Assembly (NCBI GenBank): GCA_009914755.4
Contig: CP068257.2
Coordinates: 13,696,001 to 13,760,000, forward strand
Direction of reading: 5' to 3'
Source of the DNA: the human T2T-CHM13v2.0 reference genome, Homo sapiens
Length of the DNA stretch: 64,000 nt
Positions 41,461 through 55,720 of the stretch are shown here, one piece after another (the first letter of the stretch is position 1; each line of letters opens with the position of its first letter). The notes under the pieces were generated by a model. It searched no databases. It had not been told where the DNA came from and saw only the letters and a list, made by a program, of their open reading frames with translations. Made by a program: the position numbers and the translations under genes.

Positions 41461-44285
41461 TGAATGAATGATATAGGTGAATCTTGCTATTTATATTTAT
41501 GGCATAAAAAGGAACCTGAAATGTAATGTATACATTTTATATCCTGGTGGATTTGTATTCTATTAATGATAATAATAGTGATAGTCACCACCTTTTGGTC
41601 TCTCTATTAGTTTCCTGTAACTTCTTTAATAAAGTACTACAAACTGCATGGCTTAAATTTGCAGAAATTTATTCTTTTACAGTTCTGGTGGTAAGAAATC
41701 TCAAATCAAGGTGTTGCCAGGGCCACACTTCCTCTGGAGGCTCTAGCAGAAAATCCTTTTTGTGCCTCTTTCAGATTCTGGTAGCTGCTGGCATTCCTTG
41801 GCTGGGACCATATTCTAATTTCTGCCGCCAGGGTCACATTGGCTCCTCCTGTTCTGTGTCAAATATCTCACTGTCTCACCTTTATAAAAGCACTTGTGAT
41901 TGGATTTAGGGCCTTTATAGATAATCCAGGATGATCACCTTATCTAAAAAATCCTTCACTTAATTACATCTACAAAGACCCTTTCTCCAAATAAGGTAAC
42001 ATTCACAGGTTCCCAAGATCAGAACATGAACATATCCTTTTGGGGGCCATCATTCAACTCACTATAGTCTCTAGAGTTTGGCACCAAGAGTCACAAAATG
42101 GATATGCTTAGACCTTGCAATCTATTTATAGATATGAAAACATAATCACCACATAATATAGGATGTTTAATAGAATTATTTACAGTGTGCTAAGAGAAGA
42201 GAAATGATAAACTGACTAATTTCATCAGTAAAGCCACGGAGAGATTCATAGCAAAATTGCATTTGAGCTGGATTCTGATGGATGAGTAGGTATTTGTCTA
42301 AGAAGAGAAGAAAAAATTGTATGTTCAAATCTCAGGGAAGACCTCAAAGTAGAATTCTAAAAATATGTGGTGGGTTACGGAATAACCTGTATGGTGTGGG
42401 AGTGGGCTAGAATGTAGCTTGGTAAGATGAGCTCGTCTCAATTAGATCGAGACTTGTATGGCAAGATAAAGGGTTTTAAATATACCTGCAATCAACAAAA
42501 AATTCCTGGTACTTTTTTTTTATACAGCCAGAAAATGTTATTATCTCTTCTTCCCATGGAGGTTGGAATGGAGAGAAGACAGCAAGAAGTCTTGACTTTC
42601 AGGTAGAAGACACAATAGTCCAGGGGAGACCTAAGGTAGTGATAGTGAGGATAGAGAGAAGAAGTATATTTCAAAGCCGTGTCTAAGGCTGTAATACTAA
42701 GGCATATGCATAGAGAGGTCTCTCATTTGGGCAACTGATTAATACTAATAATAGAAATAGGGGCTAACATACAAATGCCTAATGTCCCCACAACACTAAA
42801 CCAATTATCATTACCTGAGGCCATCATGTTCCTTCAGACTTCCACACTATGGTATCTGAAGCCTCGTTCCTCTTTCATTCCGAACATTTCCATCTCTTCT
42901 ACCCCTGCGTTGTCTAAGCTAACCACTTAAGTTTAGTTCATGTGTTACTTCTTTCAAGAAATTCTCTCTGACCCACTAAAATTTAGTTTTGAACTTGGCC
43001 AATCTTGGTTGTAAGCCTTATCAAACTGTTTTTGAATTGCGTGTTTTATAGTCTTATCTGTGAATTCCTTTTAAGGCAGGGAACTTGACATTTATTTTTG
43101 CATTTCTAGCACCTAGATTTGGGCTTGGCTCACCGTAGGAGTGAAATGTAGTTTGGTGAATTTAAAAAAAGAATGTTGGTGGTGGAGTGGGGCCAGAGTA
43201 ATTAGCTAAAATTAGAGAGCTCTTGACCGCTGTTAGGTGGTGACAAATGCCTATGGGTCCACAGTCACTTAGTATTAGAAATAAGGTGAAGCCTAATGAT
43301 AGAAGTTGCAGGTTACTCCTTGCTGTTCATACTCCAGTTCGTTGACTGGCAAAGCCTGCAGTGCAGAATCTGTCCAACTCCTCTATTTGAAACCAACTTC
43401 TAGGCCTATCTTCTGGTCACTTCCTTTTCTTTTTCCAGCCACGTCTTGAAGCGACAAGGAAAAAGTAACAGATTGCAAAATATCAGACACTTCAAATCTA
43501 TTATTCCCTTTTATTTTTTATCACAAGGTACTGAAAAACATTTCCTCTCTGGGGATAGAAAAGGTGAACAGCTAAATATCTGACTCTAGCATCAGATCTA
43601 ACCCCAGAGCCTCATCATTATATTAAAATGAGAGAGTTTATGAGACAAGTTTAATTGGGCAAATAAAGAGCCTGTTAAGAGAAAGCAAGTATTAACCATC
43701 AACCATTTTGTCTTAGGCAACAAAAAATGTTTATAGCTACTCCTCAGCTGCAGAACCCATCGCGCCATAAGAGACATTACATGTTAATAAGGAGACGCTT
43801 TGGTGCAACTGTTATCTCTCTACGTGATTAAAAAATGCTTGAGGTGAAGTTACTTACCAAGGTTTTCCTACACTATAGCCCTTGGGAAATCATTTTTTAA
43901 AAGTTAAATAAGATAAAGTAGATTGAAGGAAATCACTGTTTCAAAATGTAAACGCGTGACATTTAGCATCTGCATTTTTTTAACGAGTGAGAATTACGTT
44001 TCACAATGTTCTGTTAATGCTGTTATGCGGATTAGTACAGACCTGGAGACTGAGAGAAATAAGGCATAGCCTAAAGAAACGAATCAGAAACCAATTAAAA
44101 CAAACTGTCAGGTTTAGTCTACGAGGCCCACTGCCCCCAAACATGTTCTTATTACGAATAAAGAGGTGCAGGTGAACATGTTTTTCAGGACTTTTATTTA
44201 ACTTCACTATAAGACAGTTATTAAGATTAATCCTGACTTTGGAGTAAAAACAAAGTGCTGAAAGCTCAATTTTAGGATAAAAAGT

Positions 44286-44566
44286 CGGCTGGGCATGGTG
44301 GCTCATACCTGTAATCTCAGCACTTTGGGAGGCCGAAGTGGGCGGATCACCTGATGTCAGGAGTTTGAGACTAGCCTGGCCAACATGGTGAAACCCTGTT
44401 TCTACTAAAAATACAAAAACTAACCGGGTGTGGTGGCAGGTGCCTATAATCCCAGCTACTTGGGAGCTGAGGCAGGAGAATCACCTGAACCAAGGAGGCG
44501 GAGGTTGTGGTGAGCCAAGATCACGCCACTTCACTCCAGCCTGGGCAAAAGAGTGAAACTCCATCT

Positions 44567-44602
<36 letters not shown>
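44286..44602 (+). mobile_element. Alu SINE
   Basis: ggctgggcatggtggctcatacctgtaatctcagcactttgggaggccgaagtgggcggatcac...ctgggcaaaagagtgaaactccatctc followed by ~40 A. Confidence 0.95.
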
Positions 44603-44605
<3 letters not shown>

Positions 44606-46147
44606 GAGCAACAAATAATATTAGGACCATAACTTATGCCTAATCTTCAGATATGTTAACTGACCATTTGGGGCCTGAAATGTTATATTCAATCTTAGTC
44701 TTAAAGTTATCAATTAGAAAATAGAAACATGTACTTCAATAGAATTATACTTTGCTCTCTTCTAGTTCCCATTCCCCAATAAATGAAGCAATTATCTAAT
44801 AGTTCAGTAGTTCCATTAGAAGGCATGGTCAGGACTGGAGTTTTCTGTATCATAAAACTAGGAAGAGGCTCTATAGGTATAGTCCTAGGAGATGCGGAAG
44901 ATGCTAACTACATAGACTGTTTGCAACAGCTGAGTGATCCTTTGATCAAATGATCAAATTAAGCATGTCTGATTCAAGCTAAGAGTGCAGGAGGGCTTCA
45001 AAAGGAATTTTCTCCTGAGATTTCAAAAGTCTTAGGGCATATACTTAAGGGCAGGGAGAACAAAGCAGTTGTCTTTTTACCTTACTTGTTCACTCTTGTG
45101 GAATAAGTTGAAGAAACCAGGCATGCTTATCCTGAAGAAGAGCTGGCTCTGTGGGAACATGATGCTGCTGTCAATTATTTGTAGGACTGTTTAGTGGAAG
45201 AGAGAGTAGACTCTTCCATATACAGAATCAAGAGATAAGACAAGGATGAGTTACAGAGAGATGGAGTTCTGAACATGAAAAGGAAGATGATCTTGCCAGC
45301 CTGAAATGTATGCCTACCTTGGAGATAGTGATCTCATCATCACTAGAAGCAACCAGGTATAGCCTAAATAGCCATTTATTGGATAGTGAGGAAATGAAAT
45401 TCAAGTCCTATGGGGTTGGGGTGGATTGATCTATTGATGACGCAAGAGATTTTTTTTTTTTCTAAGTGTAATAGTCTTGACTTCTTTGAAGAGTAAAGTG
45501 CTATGCAGAGAACTCCCACTTCTAGCTATGATGGAGTAGCTAGTACTGGACTAGTACTTCTGATGTAAACGATATTAAAAGTGAAAAAATTTTATGAAAG
45601 ATAACTATTTCTAGACTTTGGGAAAAAAATTGCAAGACTATAATCTCTGAAAGAAAGGAAACAAATGAGATGAGCCCTATCATTTCCCCAGGTTTCTGCT
45701 TGGAGGCATGTTCCAGACTGGTGCATGGAAGTGGAAAACATTTCAGAGCAGAATGTTCTCTTTGAATTAAAGAAACATTGATCAGAACTTGGGAAGGATT
45801 AGTTGTCTAGAATTTGTAGGGCTGAATGAAAAGAAGGGAATTATTCAGAGAAAGATGCCCAGAAATCTTAGCATTTTCCAGGGACTCAAGATAGCCCCTG
45901 TGCAGATTTCTGAGCATTTTACAAAGTAGAACAAATAACTCCTGGAGAAAGACAAAGCATTGAGTAATAATAAACTGGATAACTACTGAAATCCATAGAC
46001 CTGAAGACTGGGAGACATTCAAGTTCCAACCATCCAGAGTTAAGTGGGCTTACTCAGTATGCTGGGCATCCAGTAGAAATCCCAAGAAGCTCATGTATTA
46101 AGCTCACTAAACTTGTCTTTTAGTAAAAACTTAAAGAGAGAAGTGTC

Positions 46148-46650
46148 TGAACGTCAAGAGGGAAGAAGCAGCTGGACATTGGAGACTATGGTTGGAAAGG
46201 AGTTCGGCCAGGTATGGCTGAACTCCAGGGAAAGACCACCTGGCCACTCCATCCCCTTTCCAGCTCCCCATCCCACTGAAAGCCACTTCCACTACTCAAT
46301 AAAATGCTTTGCATTAACCACCCTCCAATCTGTTTGCACAATCTCATTCCTCCTGGACACCAGACAAGGACCCAGGTGCAGGTGAAAGAGGCTGTCACAC
46401 TGACCCTCCACTGAGCTGTTTAACACTCAGGCCATCCATGGACAGCAAAGCTAAAGGAGTGCACTGTAACACACACCCCCTGGGCCTCAAGGGTTCGCAG
46501 GCAACCCCTACATGCTGCCACAGGCTGGTATGGGGTTTTGCTCCTGCCAGCACCCAAAGGCACTCTCCCTGGCTCCTGAACCTGCTCACCTGTATGTTCC
46601 CCCTCCCACAAAGGGTTTGAGTGCTGTGGACTGAGTAAGTGAGCCATCCC
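46148..46650 (+). mobile_element. ERV-type LTR, copy C, 5'-truncated (same family as A/B)
   Basis: ccactccatcccctttccagctccccatcccactgaaagccacttccactactcaataaaatgctttgcatt...gccatccatggacagcaaagctaaaggagtgcactgtaacacacacc...gggtttgagtgctgtggactgag. Confidence 0.55.
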
Positions 46651-46679
46651 TTTACAACTCCTGCATAGGGGTCAAAGAA

Positions 46680-47200
46680 ATTATCCTGCTTCAGTATGAT
46701 CCAGCAGTCCCACTTCTGGGTACATACCCAAAGGATTTGAAATCACTATGTCAGAGATACATCTATACTTCCATGTTTATTGCAGCACTATTCATAGCCA
46801 ACTTATAGAATCAACCTAGGCATCCATCAACTGATGGATTGATTTTAACATGTGGTATATATGCACAATGGAATACTAGTCAGCATTTAAAGAAGAGGGC
46901 AATTATATCATTTATGACAAAATGGATGAACCTGGAGGACATTATGCTAAGTGAAATAAGCCCGACACAGAAAGATAAACGCTACATACTCTCACTTATA
47001 TGTGAAAGTTAAAAAAAAAAAAAAAAAAAAAAAAGAGAACACATAAAAGCCAAGAGTAGAATGATGGTTACCAGAAGCTAGGATTAGTGAGGTGGGGGTT
47101 AATGGGGAAAAGGAAATTCTATCATTAAGAAATAGAACATCAAAAGCTGAAAGATAAAATATCAGAAGAAAAAATATTCCTAGATAGGCTAAGATACACT
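46680..47200 (+). mobile_element. L1 3'-end fragment (L1M/L1P-like) with poly-A
   Basis: gatccagcagtcccacttctgggtacatacccaaaggatttgaaatcac...cactattcatagccaacttatagaatcaacctaggcatccatcaactgatggattg...aatggaatactagtcagc...ctcacttatatgtgaaagttaaaaaaaaaaaaaaaaaaaaaaaagagaacacataaaagccaagagtagaatgatggttaccagaagctagg. Confidence 0.7.
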
Positions 47201-47267
47201 ACATATATGGCAAGAGAAAAGATCGGGGAACTTGATGATATAAGCCAAGCAAATAGAAAAAAATGTA

Positions 47268-47440
47268 GGCTAAGTGGTCTTGGACACCAGTAATTCCAAC
47301 TACATGGAAGGCTAAGGTGGGAGGATTGCTTGAGCCCAGGATTTCAAGGCTGCGGTAAGCTTTGATTGCACCAGTGCACCCCAGCCTGGTTGACAGAGTG
47401 AGACCCCCCAATTCTAAAAAATAAAAAGTAGTACATAACA
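47268..47440 (+). mobile_element. Alu-monomer-like SINE fragment (FLAM/FRAM-like or 5'-truncated Alu)
   Basis: ggctaagtggtcttggacaccagtaattccaactacatggaaggctaaggtgggaggattgcttgagcccaggatttcaaggctgcggtaagc...ccagcctggttgacagagtgagacccc plus an A-rich tail. Confidence 0.6.
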
Positions 47441-47461
47441 ATCAAAGCAGAGCCTCACTGA

Positions 47462-48100
47462 CCTATAAGATAATATGAAACCGTCTAAAAGATGATATGA
47501 AACAGTCTATAAGATAATATGAAACAGTCTGTAAGATGATATGAAACAGTCTGTAAGATGATATGAAACAGTCTATAAGATGATATGAAACAGTCTATAA
47601 GATGATATGAAACATTCTATAAGATGATATGAAACAGTCTATAAGATGATATGAAACAGTATATAAGATGATATGAAACATTCTATAAGATGATATGAAA
47701 CAGTCTATAAGATGATATGAAACAGTATATAGGATGATATGAAACAGTGTATAACATATGAAACAGTGTATAAGATGATATGAAACAGTGTATAAGATGA
47801 TATGAAACAGAGTATAAAATGATATGAAACAGTCTATAAGGCGATATGAAACAGTCTATAAGATGATATGAAGCAGTCTATAAGGTGATATGAAACAGTC
47901 TATAAGGTGATATGAAACAGTGTATAAGATGATATGAAACAGTGTATAAGATGATATGAAACAGTCTGTAAGATGATATGAAACCATGTATAAGATGATA
48001 TGAAACAGTGTATAAGATGATATGGAACAGTCTGTAAGATGATATGAAACAGTCTGTAAGATGATATGAAACAGTCTATAAGATAATATGAAACAACAGT
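47462..48100. repeat. Minisatellite: 22-bp unit (consensus aagatgatatgaaacagtctat), ~29 tandem copies
   Basis: Direct head-to-tail repeats with sparse variants: gataatatg, ggtgatatg, cagtgtata, ccgtctaaa, aagcagtc, and one shortened unit near 47752-47770. The spacing of gaaacagtct is 22 nt. Confidence 0.95.
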
Positions 48101-48149
48101 CTAACAAACATGTCATTGGCTCCCATGAAGACCACAGAAGTCAGAAAAT

Positions 48150-49300
48150 GTATTTAAAGAAATATTGAGTCAGACATTCTTTGTATTTAATGAAAGCTAT
48201 CCACATACAGATCCAAAAGGTCAATAAAGTTCAAGAAAAGAAGCCCAAGAAAAACCACAAAACATACTGTAATCAAATTTATAAAAAATAATGATTAAGA
48301 GAAAATCTTAAAAGCAGCCAGAGAAAAAGAGACAGGTTACAAAGAGGAAGAAAAAAGACATTGTTTCTCATCAGAAACAATGCAAAATAAAACACAATGA
48401 ACTGACATTTTTAAACTGCTGAAAGGAAAAAATAATTACTATTGAATACTATATCCAGTAAAAATATTCTCCAAAAATGAAAGCAAAAAAGAAATTTTCA
48501 AAAAAAGAGCAAAAAGAATTCTAAATAGCTCATGGGTCAGAACGAAAATTCTCGGTGAAATTAGAAAACATTCGGAACTGGATGATAATGAAAACACAAC
48601 ACACACACTTTGTGAAATAAAAACAATACTTAGAGGTAAATTTATTATTTTAATGCCTATACATTAGTAAAAAAGAATGGTATAAATTATATAAGCTTCC
48701 AGCTTAAGTTAAAAAAAGTAGAGCAAAGAAAACAAGTAAGAGTAATGAAGGAAGTAATAAAGAAAACAAGAGAAGTCAAAGATATAGAAAAGGAATATAA
48801 TAGAGTAAGTAATTAAAAGCAAAATTTGGTTCTCTGCAAAGATCAATCAAGTTAACAAATGGACCGCAGAGGGCAAACAAACCTCTAGCTATACTAATCA
48901 AGAAAATTAAGAGAAAACACAAGTTGCCAATATCAGTAATGCAAGAAAGGAAATCACAAAAAATACTACACACATGCAGAGTATAATAAGGTAATATTAT
49001 GAACAACTTTATTGCCAACAAACCTCCATTACAAGAAATGTTAAAATTCTTCAGGCTGAAGGAAGGTGATAACAGATGGAAAACCAAATCTGCCCGATGA
49101 GGAGAAGAGCACCAGAAATGTTAAATATGCTTGTAGATATAAAAGACATTTTTCACGCTCTTAAAATTTCTCTGAAAGATAGTTGACTATAACAAGAACA
49201 AATAGCACAAATACGAGAAAATATCCAACCTATGGGGAAATGACATTAAAGACAAATGAAATAAATGGAGTGGTAGGCCGTATTCATGGATAGGGTGACT
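48150..49300 (+). mobile_element. Degenerate L1 fragments (ORF1 C-terminus / ORF2 N-terminus-like), A-rich
   Basis: agccagagaaaaagagacaggttacaaagaggaagaaaaaagacattgtttctcatcagaaacaatgc...ggaccgcagagggcaaacaaacctctagctatactaatcaagaaaattaag resemble old L1 ORF1/ORF2 junction sequence. Boundaries are fuzzy. Confidence 0.45.
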
Positions 49301-50629
49301 CAATATTAATTCTACAAGAAATTAATGCATAAACAGAAAGCATTTTAAATACAGTTGGCCCTCTGTGGTCCATGGGTTCTGCATCCATGCATTCAACCAA
49401 CTGTGGATGTAAAATATTTGGAAAACAATGGATGGTTGCATCTGTACTAAACATGTACAAACCTACAAACTTTTTTTTCTTGTCATTATTCCCTAAACAT
49501 ACAGTAAAATAACTATTTACATGGTATTTACATTGTATTAGGCACTACCGGTAATCTAGAGATATTTGCAAGTATATGGAAGGATGTGTGTAAGTTATAT
49601 ACAAATACTACTATACCATTTTATATAAAGGACTTGAGCATTCATGAATGTTGGTAACTTCAGGGATTCCTGGAACGAATCTCTGCCAATACCAAAGGAT
49701 GACTGTAAAAATCCTAACAAGGATTTTCATGTCCTGACAAGCTTATTGCAAAATTTACATGAAAGGCAAAGAATAGCCAGAAAACTCACATAAATTTTCC
49801 ACCAGATATCAAGGTTTATTATAAAGCTATAAAATGTACTGCCTCATAATTTTAAGATAGGTAAAGACAAAGAGGCCAGTACAACAGGATAGAAAGTCCA
49901 TAAATAGAACCATAAATAAAGAAAGTTTGAAATAAAGCAGGGTGTCATTTTCGAACAGTATGGGAAGTATGGACTATTAAATATAAGTTGGGAAAATTGG
50001 TTATTCATATAGAGAAACATTAAATTCTACACCTACCTTACACCATGCAAAAAAGTCAATTCCAGATGTATCCAAAACTGAAAAGTGAAAAGAAACAGTG
50101 TAAAATCTCAGTAGAAAATAATAGAGGTTAGTTTAAAACCTCAAAGAGAACAAAAAAAGGAAAAGAAACAAAATCCTCAAAGAAGGGTTTTTCTGTTTCT
50201 ATTTTCTATAAACATTTTTTATTATTTATAAGTTTTAAAAGTGATTTCAATTTTTAGGTTTGTGGGTACATGTGCCAGTCTGCTACATGAGTATATTGCA
50301 TGATGCTGAAGTTAGGACATGAATGATCCCATCACCAGGTAGTAACCATAGTATCAATAGTTTTTCAAATCTTGCTCCACTTCCTCCTTCCTCTCTCTAG
50401 TAGTCCCCAGTGTGTATTATTGCCGTCTTTATGTTCATAAATACCCAGTGTTTAGCTTCCTCTTATAAGTGAGAACATGCAGTATTTGGTTTACTGTTCC
50501 TACATTAATTCGATTAGGAAAATGGCCTCCAGCTGCATCTATGTTGCTGCAAAGGACATGATTTCATTCCTTTTTATGGCTGTGTGGTATTTCATGGTGT
50601 ATGTATGTCACATTTTCTGTATTCAATGC

Positions 50630-51017
50630 ATCTGTTAAATCAAGTTTAGTCTAAAACTGCCTCCTTACGTATTTTAAGTTCAGCCTAAATGTTTCTCTGT
50701 ACATCATAAACTGTAACCTAAATTGAATTATAAATAGACTGTAACCTACTCTTGTGCCAATCACCGAGTTTTGACCAAAGATGGCCAACTATTCAAAATG
50801 TGTTCAAATAAGGCAAATGCTGAGCTGTAACCAGTCCGTTTCTGTACCTCACTTCCATGTTCTGTAGATCACTTTCCTTTTTCTGTCCATAAATCTTATT
50901 CCACTATGTGGCTGCACTGGAGTCTAGTCTCTGAGCCTACTGTGGCTCACCAGGCTTCTTGATTCACAAATGATTCTTTGCTCAATTAAACTCTTTTAAA
51001 TTTAAGTTGGCTAAAGG
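50630..51017 (+). mobile_element. Probable solo LTR (unclassified) nested in the L1
   Basis: A ~390-bp insert splits L1 between ...caatgcatc and cattgatgggca. It starts tgttaaatc and ends cttttaacaca (a TG...CA frame). It contains tataaatag and a polyA-like caattaaactc. A possible 4-bp target-site duplication is catc/cacc. Strand is assigned only by reading it as U3-R-U5. Confidence 0.4.
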
Positions 51018-51300
51018 TTTTCTTTTAACACACCATTGATGGGCACCTGGATTGAGTCCATGTGTTTGCTATTGTGAATAGTGCTGTGATGAACATACGA
51101 GTGCATGTGTGTTTGGCAGAACAATTTATTTTCTTTGAATATACACCCATTAATGAGATTGTTGGGTCAAATGGTAGTTCTGTTTTAAGTTCTTTGAGAT
51201 ATTCCCTAATTGCCTTCCACAGTGGCTGAATTAATTTACCTTTCCATCGATAATGTATAAGCGTTCCCTTTTCTCCACAGCCTTGACATGTTGTTTTTGA

Positions 51301-51755
<455 letters not shown>

Positions 51756-51852
51756 TGTCTTTTGCCCATTTTTAATGGAGTTATTTGTTATTTTGCTTCT
51801 TGAATTAAGTTCCTTATAGATTCTGGATATTAGACGTTTGTTAGATATATAG

Positions 51853-52154
<302 letters not shown>

Positions 52155-53059
52155 AATTGCTTTTGAGGACTTAATCATAAATTCTTTCCTAAGGCCAACG
52201 TCCGGACTGCTGTTTCCCAGATTTTCTTCCAGGATCCTTATAGTTTGAGGTCTTACATTTAAATATTTAATCCATCTTGAGTGAATTTCATTATATGGTA
52301 AAAGGTAGAAGTCCGGTTTCATTCTCCTGCATATGACTAGCCAGCTATCCCTGTACTATTTATTGAATAGGAAGTCCTTTCCTCATTGCTTATTTTTGTT
52401 GATTTTCTTGAAGATCAGATGGCTGTACATGTGTGGCTTTATTTCTGGATTCTCTATTCTGTTTCATTTGTCTATGTTTCCAGCTTTGTTCTTTTTTACT
52501 TAAGATTGCTTTGGTTTTTCAGACTCCTTTTTGGTTCCATATGAATTTTAGTATATTTTTTTCTAGTTCTATGAAAAATGACATTGGTAGCTTGATAGCA
52601 CTAGCATTGAATCTACAGATTGCTTTGGGCAGTATGGCCATTTTAAAGATATTGATTCTTCCGATCCATGAGCATGAAATGTTTTTCCATTTTTTTGTGT
52701 TATCTGTGATTTTTTAAGCAGTGTTTTGTAGTTCTCCTCGCGGAGATCTTTCACCTCCTTGGTTGGATGTATTCCTAGATATTTATTTTTGTACATGGCT
52801 ATATGGTAAATGAGATTGTGTTCCTGATTTGGCTCTCAGCTTGAACGTTATCAGTGTATTGAAATGCTAATGAGTTTTGTACATTAATTTTGTGTCCTAA
52901 AACTTTATTGAAGTCATTTATTAGTTCTAAGAGACTTTTGGTGGAGTCTTTACATTTTCTAGGTATAGAATTATACAGTCAGTGAAGAGAGATATTTTGA
53001 CTTATTTTCCTATTTGGATGATCTTTATTTCTTTCTCTTGACTGATTGCTCTGGCTGGG

Positions 53060-55720
53060 ACTCACAGAAGGATGTTTAAATAAGACACAAAAAAAGCACA
53101 AGTCATGAAAGCAAAGATTAATAACCTATTTGTATTAAACTATACTTTTGTTCATTATAAGACACCATTTAGAAACTAAAATTGAAACCAAAAACTGGTC
53201 AAAAAAAATCAATAAATAAAAAAGGGACAAAAATTCCCAGTGAACATACAAACAAATGACTGGCATCCAGAATATTCGGAGAACTACAAATTAATAAGGG
53301 AAATACAAGTAAGTATCTAAACAAGCATTGTGCAGAAGTGGAGAACAAGAAAATAGGAACTAAACATTGGGTACTCATGGACATAAAGACCCATGGGTTG
53401 AAAAACCACCTTGTGGGCATTATACTCACTATCTGCGTGACAGGATCCATACCCCATTCTCAGCATCATGCAGTGTAATCACATAAACTGCACATGTACC
53501 CCCTGAATCTAAAAATTGAAATTATAAAAGAAAAGAAAAAATTTTTAAAAAGCCACAATGTAAATCCATTTTACAGCCATCATTTGGGCAAAAATTATGG
53601 ACTTGTGAAAATGTGGTGCAATCTGAACTCTCGTTGGCTGCTGGTGGGGTATGAATCACTAGGTATATATTGGGAGAACAGTTTGGTGGTCTCTATAATA
53701 TTTCAAAACATATAGTAAAATTACACGATAGCCGCAAAAATAAGAGTCTCCTTAGAAGAAATACATGTAAAACAAAAGGTAAAAGGAAAACTTAACCTAA
53801 AAAGAGCAAAAATGTCTTTGTTGAAACAGAAAAAATAAAGCAAAATGATAACCTTAATTTGAGGAATATATGAATGACTTAAATTGATTATTATAATGCA
53901 CAATGAAGATATAGTACAAATTATCACTTACCAAATAACATAGATTCAAATTAGTAAAGCAAAAGCTATTAGAAAAAAAGGGGAAAAATTTTTTAAAATA
54001 AAACTTTTTCAGTTGGGAAACATTAACAAATATCAACAGACGTTGTGATCAAATCTGCCAAAACTAACATAGAAAATTTGACTGGCAGAATTCTTGAGCA
54101 CCAGTTCATGGATATATTGAATTTTCTACTTTAAAAAGTGAACATGCATTTTTCCAACATCCATTAAAATTTTATGAAATTTAATAATATATTATGTGTC
54201 AAAGAGCACCTTAATTAAGTTCAGAATATAAACGAGCAAGACCTAAAGTAAAACTAAGACAACATTTAAGAATGGCAACAAGATATAAAATTTACATAAA
54301 AATCAATAATTTCCATAAATAGAATAAATCATTGGAAAATGTTAGGAAAAATCTCTTATAATTCTGCCCTTCCCTTCCAATACTGAGAAATAAACTTAAC
54401 AAGAAATGGGCAAAACATATATGATGAAAACTTGAAAGCATTTCTGATAAAGACTTACCAAATGGAAGGAGACGTCTGTCCTTGGATAGGATTATGCAGC
54501 TTCATAAAGATATCAGTTTTTTTCAGTTTCATGTATAAATTTAGTGCAATTCAAATACAAATAAGTGTTCATTTGTTTGCTTGTTTTTCTGGAATAAGAT
54601 AAATTGTTTTGAAGATTGAATGAAAAAAATAAACATGCAAGAATAGCTTGAAAATCCCTTAAGAAGAAGAGGAATAAAGGGGAACTAGCCCTACTAGACA
54701 TTAAAATACACTATTAAGTTCTCTTTTTAAAATGTGATACTGGGATATAATAGACAGACATACCAACGAAACACAATAGAGAGCCTAGGAACAAGCTGAA
54801 GTGCATGTGGAAACTTAGCATATGTAAGACATCAAATCACTGAGGCAGACATGGACATTTAATAATGAATTTGACACAACTGGATAATCATTTGGAAAAA
54901 AAAAGAAAATTGTACTCATACCTCACATAATGCATCAGAAAGAACTCCAAATGGATCTGAAATGTAAGTATAAACAATGAGAGAGATATGTACAAGAGGA
55001 AAACATGGGCACATTTTTTATAAACTTAGAGTGAGGAAAACCTTCATAATTAGACTCAAAATCCAGTTGCAATAATAATAACAAAAAAAAAAGATTGGTA
55101 AATTTTACTGAATAGAAACAAATTGCATGACAAATAAACCATAGTAAAATATAAAGAAAATAACACTGTGATAAAATAGTTGAGGTGTCATGGATAAAAG
55201 GCCAATTTCCTGGATGCATAAAGAATTCTTTACTGTCAAAGGAAGGAAATATCAAAATCTGACAGAAGAAATGGCATTTAAAAAACATGGGGAAAGCACT
55301 CAACTTCACTCATATTCAAAGAAATGCTAATTAAAGCTACCGTGTGATGCAATTTCTTACCTATTAGCTTGTTTGGCACCAATTAAAAAGCTTAAGAACC
55401 CACTCTGTCAGTGAGGCTTTGGAGAAAAAGGCACTCACAAATTGCTGGTGCACGTGCAAAATGATACAATCCCTATGGAAGGGAAGTGACAGTGTCCAAC
55501 AAAACTCCACACACATTTATCCTTTGATGCAACAATCCACTTCTAGGAATATGTCTGAAGATACACTCCCACAAATAACAAAACCAAGTTACACATGCAT
55601 CATTATTTATAATAGCAATATATAGAAAACAGCCCAAATAACCATTTATGGGAGACTGAGTACACTGTAGAGCCATGAAACAAGGTACTGTGAAATCACA
55701 GAGAGAGAGAGAAAGAAATC
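53060..55720 (+). mobile_element. Ancient L1 (L1M-type) ORF2 / 3'-end remnants
   Basis: The 3' part agctaccgtgtgatgcaatttcttacctattagcttgtttggcaccaattaaaaagcttaagaacccactctgtcagtgaggctttggagaaaaaggcactcacaaattgctggtgcacgtgcaaaatgatacaatccctatggaagggaagtgacagtgtccaacaaaactccacacacatttatcctttgatgcaacaatccacttctaggaatatg... is collinear with the L1M ORF2 C-terminus I remember. The upstream A-rich part is less certain. Confidence 0.55.

Noticed and set aside
47462-48100. CRISPR array
   Set aside because: The array is a pure 22-bp minisatellite. There are no unique spacers between repeats, no leader or cas context, and the genome is eukaryotic.
47856-48116. 86-aa ORF with an internally repeated peptide (TLFHIILYTVSYHLTDCFISSY...)
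   Set aside because: It is an artifact of the 22-bp minisatellite, where 3 units make 66 nt and keep the frame.
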